A stretch of 64,000 nucleotides of DNA from Amphiscolops sp. MND2022. Lineage: Eukaryota. The position numbers and the translations under genes were made by a program. The stretch's first letter is position 1, and each line of letters opens with the position of its first letter. Shown here in pieces: positions 60,243 to 64,000 of this stretch. The notes under the pieces are model-generated. The model worked only from the letters and a program-made list of their open reading frames with translations. It made no database searches and was not told where the DNA came from. The stretch spans positions 48,980,001-49,044,000 of the forward strand of contig OZ076421.1 in the NCBI GenBank assembly GCA_964187785.1. The letters are read 5' to 3'.

Positions 60243-60389
60243 GCAAAAGATTACGCCAGAGATAGTGACGTGTGGCTGCTGGTTGACATCCAGAGCAGCC
60301 AGAACTTCGACTGCCAGTGTCTGAACAGAGACATCTGGAACAACGCCAAGGTCAAGAAGCTTATCGACCGACATTTCCTCTTCATCCAG
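60243..60389 (+). CDS. UBXN7: UBXN7 exon, UAS (thioredoxin-like) domain
   Basis: AKDYARDSDVWLLVDIQSSQNFDCQCLNRDIWNNAKVKKLIDRHFLFIQ fits the family motif KWL.INIQ...F.CQCLNRD.W....VK.II..HF.FWQ. TGTAG acceptor and GTTTGT donor, phase 0-0. Confidence 0.93.
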
Positions 60390-61169
60390 GTTTGTGAAGA
60401 CAGGACACAACCCTTTGACATCGCTTAAGGGGCGCCTATCTCAAAGTCGCTTATTCGCTGAAAAGTTTGAATGGTTGACTTCAGGAATTTCAAGATGAAA
60501 CGATGTAATTTAGTTTCGGCAAGTTTTTTCAAGATTGTGAGGTAAAGCAGTTGTCGATCTTGGATCATGTTAGCTGCAAAGAATCTATCAAAACTGAAAA
60601 AAGAACCTCAAAGAAAATTCAGAGAACACCCCGAAAGTTCCATATATGTATCAAGATTTTCACCGATATCAAGAAAAAGCTGTTGCTCGAAGTTTTTGCT
60701 TTTCGTTCAATTTTATTTTGTTCATACCAAACCAGGGTTGGCTGATTATAATCAAAAGATAATAATCAGATTATAATCAACTTGATTGAAATCTTTTCAA
60801 TCATGCCTGAATAAAATCACTCAAAATAGGCCGGTTATTCGACATTGACTTTCCTTCCGAGCACTGTACAATCGGATTACGTACTCATCACGTTGGGCTT
60901 GATTCATTCGAAGATTGAAAAGTAATTCTGAAAGAAGCCAAAAACTTGTTTTCTTATCCAACTTGTGAATTCAATAGAAAAATACTCGGTTTTCCGCATG
61001 CTGATTTTTATCAATTTTATCTTGATTATAATAATTTCAATCCGATTAAAAGCCAAACTTGTTCCAAACAGAACTTCTAAACCAGTGTTTTTCCAAGTCA
61101 AGCATGGAAAGAGCATAGTAACGAAAAGCGTTTCTTGTTTTTCTTTCATGAGTAATGACTGTGTTTTAG

Positions 61170-61260
61170 TACAACGTGGAGAGTTCCGAAGGTCGCAGAT
61201 ACACACAGTTCTATCCAGCCTCCCATTTTCCATATGTCGCAATCATCGACCCAAGAACAG
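61170..61260 (+). CDS. UBXN7: UBXN7 exon, UAS domain
   Basis: YNVESSEGRRYTQFYPASHFPYVAIIDPRTG matches S.EG.RY.QFY....FPYV.I.DPRTG. TTTTAG acceptor and GTGAAT donor, phase 0-1. Confidence 0.93.
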
Positions 61261-62017
61261 GTGAATGAACTGAACTGCCTTATGTCATTGCCTTATGTTT
61301 GAAAAATCAACAACCTAACCCCCCCCCCCCCCCCAACCAAAAGAACATGTTGTTCTTGGAGAAAAATATTTCACTATTGAGAGAATAATATTATATGAAT
61401 GTAAATACTTAGAGGATTGTCTCTACAGCTGCTTTGACGCTTTCAGCAGAAAATGACCCTAGTTTTTCGTTATTATTGTCCAAAATTGCAATAAATACAT
61501 GAAATATATTTATTTTTGTTTTGTACAACACTAAATTTTTTATTTCAATCTATTTGAGTTTTGGGCCAATATGATTTATATTTGTTTTAATGGCAAAATA
61601 CACTCATTGAATTTTTCGGCCAACTGCTGTAAAGTATTCGGATTTAGTTACTAGTCGTTTGGAAAAGTCAATAAAAGAAGTTTCTTAAAATTACTGATGG
61701 TTATAAATCAGCTCAGGAAGTGTACAAACTTTGTTCAACAATATTTTTTCCTCACATAATATTGAGCAGTATTATTAAATATAATAATTGTTAGCCAGCA
61801 ACAGTTAAATATATTTATTTTTGAAAAAATATAAATTTAAATACAATATTTTACATCCCTGGATAGAAGCCGCATTAGTTTGAAGTTGAGTCTAACTCCT
61901 GCTTCTGAAAGCGCTAATTCGTTTGATGCCTGACCGGTTTGAGAACCCTGCCATTGGTAGCCATTCTCATCCTTGTGGATCTGGAATCAGTCTACAATCA
62001 TAGTTGTTTTGTTTCAG

Positions 62018-62071
62018 GCGAACTTCTCGAAACTTATCAAAAACTGACCGCCGATGGTGCTATTAAACTAT
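62018..62071 (+). CDS. UBXN7: UBXN7 exon, end of UAS domain
   Basis: TTTCAG acceptor and GTAAGT donor; (G)ELLETYQKLTADGAIKL; phase 1-1. Confidence 0.8.
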
Positions 62072-62099
62072 GTAAGTATTTCGTTTGTTTCGCCTCCTA

Positions 62100-62466
62100 C
62101 AGTGCCTCACGAAATTGTAACAATAGAAACCTTCTTCTCAAAGTTTAGTTTGTGCGCTGTTGAAAAGCTTGATATTTTTTCTGAGCGAAATGTTTTTCGA
62201 AAGCACACGATATGTGAAAAATTTTTGAAAGCTCGCTTGCAAAAAAGTGTTCACATTGAAGCATGAAAAATTATTCTCAAATGATTTTCTATTGTTACAA
62301 TTTTGTGTGCGTGTTTTTTCGAACTGAAAAATAATCGTGAAATCAAATTTTAACATCCTCAACCTTGCTAACCTCAATAGTTCTAATTGTCAAAGGTTTA
62401 TTTATGAAAATTACATAGAAATTTATGGGGTTCCAAATTTTATTGTTGCAATTTCGTGAGGCACTA
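62100..62466. mobile_element. Tc1/mariner-type MITE
   Basis: TA|CAGTGCCTCACGAAATTGTAACAATA at the left end and TATTGTTGCAATTTCGTGAGGCACTA at the right end. The right TSD is degraded. Confidence 0.7.
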
Positions 62467-62688
62467 TCAAAATACAGTTGAATCCGCCTAATTTGTATCG
62501 CTAGGGACCAAATAAATTAGTATGAATAATGAAGAATACGGAGGATATTTTTTGATCGTCTCGAAATTGCGGTTTCAGATACATACGAATTAAACCAAGA
62601 TCCGAATTAACACGGCTTTAAAACTTTGTTCACAGAAAAGAGCAATGAATTCAAGGAGCGCGATTGAATGAAGTGTGATTAATTTCAG

Positions 62689-62806
62689 TTAGCGATTTCA
62701 TAAATGAACGGGGATCTCCCAGCATTTCGGACGAAGTGTCCGCTGACAAACTCCCTAACGCTTGTGTGGACATGGACAATGAAGTAACTGTCTCGCCTTC
62801 TAAAGG
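62689..62806 (+). CDS. UBXN7: UBXN7 exon
   Basis: TTTCAG acceptor; FSDFINE..SPSISDEVSADKLPNACVDMDNEVTVSPSK; GTTGGT donor. 118 nt, phase 1-2, exactly bridging the neighbouring exons. Confidence 0.7.
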
Positions 62807-63790
62807 GTTGGTTCCATTGTTGATTCTCTCAAAACTCTGTTCACTGACTAATAATTTGATAAATTAATCTTTTAATGCATAATTATTATTCACCAAACAT
62901 TTGAGTGCACTGCCTAATTTTGAATGAAACAAGATGCACAGTGGGACTGCAGTATTTTTGGTATATTGTTACAGGAAAAAGTCTCAGAAGACTTTTAAGG
63001 GTTTAAGAAAGACTTTCATAACTGAAATTTTCACAAACCCCGAATTTGTGAGTTTCTCCGAAAAAATTTTGGTCCAAAAAAGTCGCACAGGGCCAAAAAC
63101 GTGACTTTTTTACGGTCAAAAATGCGTTTAAAACAAAAATCGTCAAAGAAGGCAGCGAACTTTTAGTTTTCCTTTTTTCCTTGACAAACTGCTTCCAAAA
63201 AGCCAAAAATTGCGAAAGAAAGTGCAGTGCTGAAAAACAAACGATTTTTCGTTTCGTAAATAAATTACTCGTGAAATTTTATGGCAAGAAAATGTGTAAT
63301 TCGCGAAATGAACTTTTTCAAATTTGTTTTGAAGTTCATTATGATTGCAGAAACATAACTGATCCCCGAATGGCCGGGCCAGTCTCTAATACAAAAATAA
63401 TTGGTTGCATGACATTTCGTCAACCTTCGACAACCAGCAATTTCAACTTTCGACTATTTTAACTGCTCACAATTTCAACATATTGCATTTCAACTTTCCG
63501 CAATTTCGACCTAAACTAATTTTGGCTATTTAGTCCTCATTTCGTTGAGTTATTATTTCATTACAGTAATTAGAAATTAGTCAAACAGCCATAATTAATG
63601 GTAATTATTCACGAAGAAAACATATCAAAACTGGCGTAAAAATTAGAAATGTATGAAAATGAGAACCACCAATTTATATATTTCATCCATTATCCAAAAT
63701 GAGTTGACGTCGAAAAAACAATAGGTTGAAACTGTATAGGATCAAATGCCCTAACACCAAAAAATTATGAGGGATAACCAAATTTTGCAG

Positions 63791-63993
63791 GACAAGTACA
63801 GACAGATCCAGTGCATTCATGAGCATGCAGCCAGTGCTGAATGAAGAGGAGGCATTGAAAGCGGCAATTAAAGCGTCTCTGCAGCACTCAGACAAAAACC
63901 ATGATATGACGTCATCTTTCTCAAGCAGTAGTTCGAAGACAGCGGGTCTCCACGAACAGTTGAATTCTTCCGATAGCAACAGTCATCATAATC
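63791..63993 (+). CDS. UBXN7: UBXN7 exon with ubiquitin-interacting motif; the gene continues beyond the window
   Basis: TTTTGCAG acceptor; LNEEEALKAAIKASLQ matches the UIM (E...L.AAI.ASLQ); probable donor GTTAGT at 63994. Confidence 0.82.
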
Positions 63994-64000
63994 GTTAGTA

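Noticed and set aside
61319-61334. C16 run as a functional G-quadruplex or boundary
   Set aside because: An isolated intronic homopolymer with no supporting context; its length is also error-prone.

Overview
AT-rich, transposon-saturated eukaryotic DNA, almost certainly from an animal (Bel/Pao element, spliceosomal introns, UBXN7). No prokaryotic features, rRNA, intact tRNA or CRISPR were found. Bases 1-49.6 kb are nested, decayed mobile elements: several Ty3/Gypsy LTR elements, two families of CRE-like RT+RLE non-LTR elements, two I/Jockey-type LINE relics, and Academ-, MULE-, Merlin- and Tc1-type non-autonomous DNA elements. Bases 50.2-64 kb hold at least 8 exons of a plus-strand UBXN7-like gene (UBA, UAS, UIM; it continues past the window) that the ORF track largely misses. 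A TSD-bounded Bel/Pao element and several MITEs sit in its introns. The most notable structure is a set of three non-autonomous families with Helitron2/Helentron terminal architecture (T-run, asymmetric inverted repeat, two hairpins). They carry different cargoes: a 172-bp satellite, a ~60-bp minisatellite and a tRNA-like Pol III promoter. One of them has inserted into itself and seeded a ~443-bp higher-order repeat. All boundaries and similarities were read by eye; values marked ~ are approximate.
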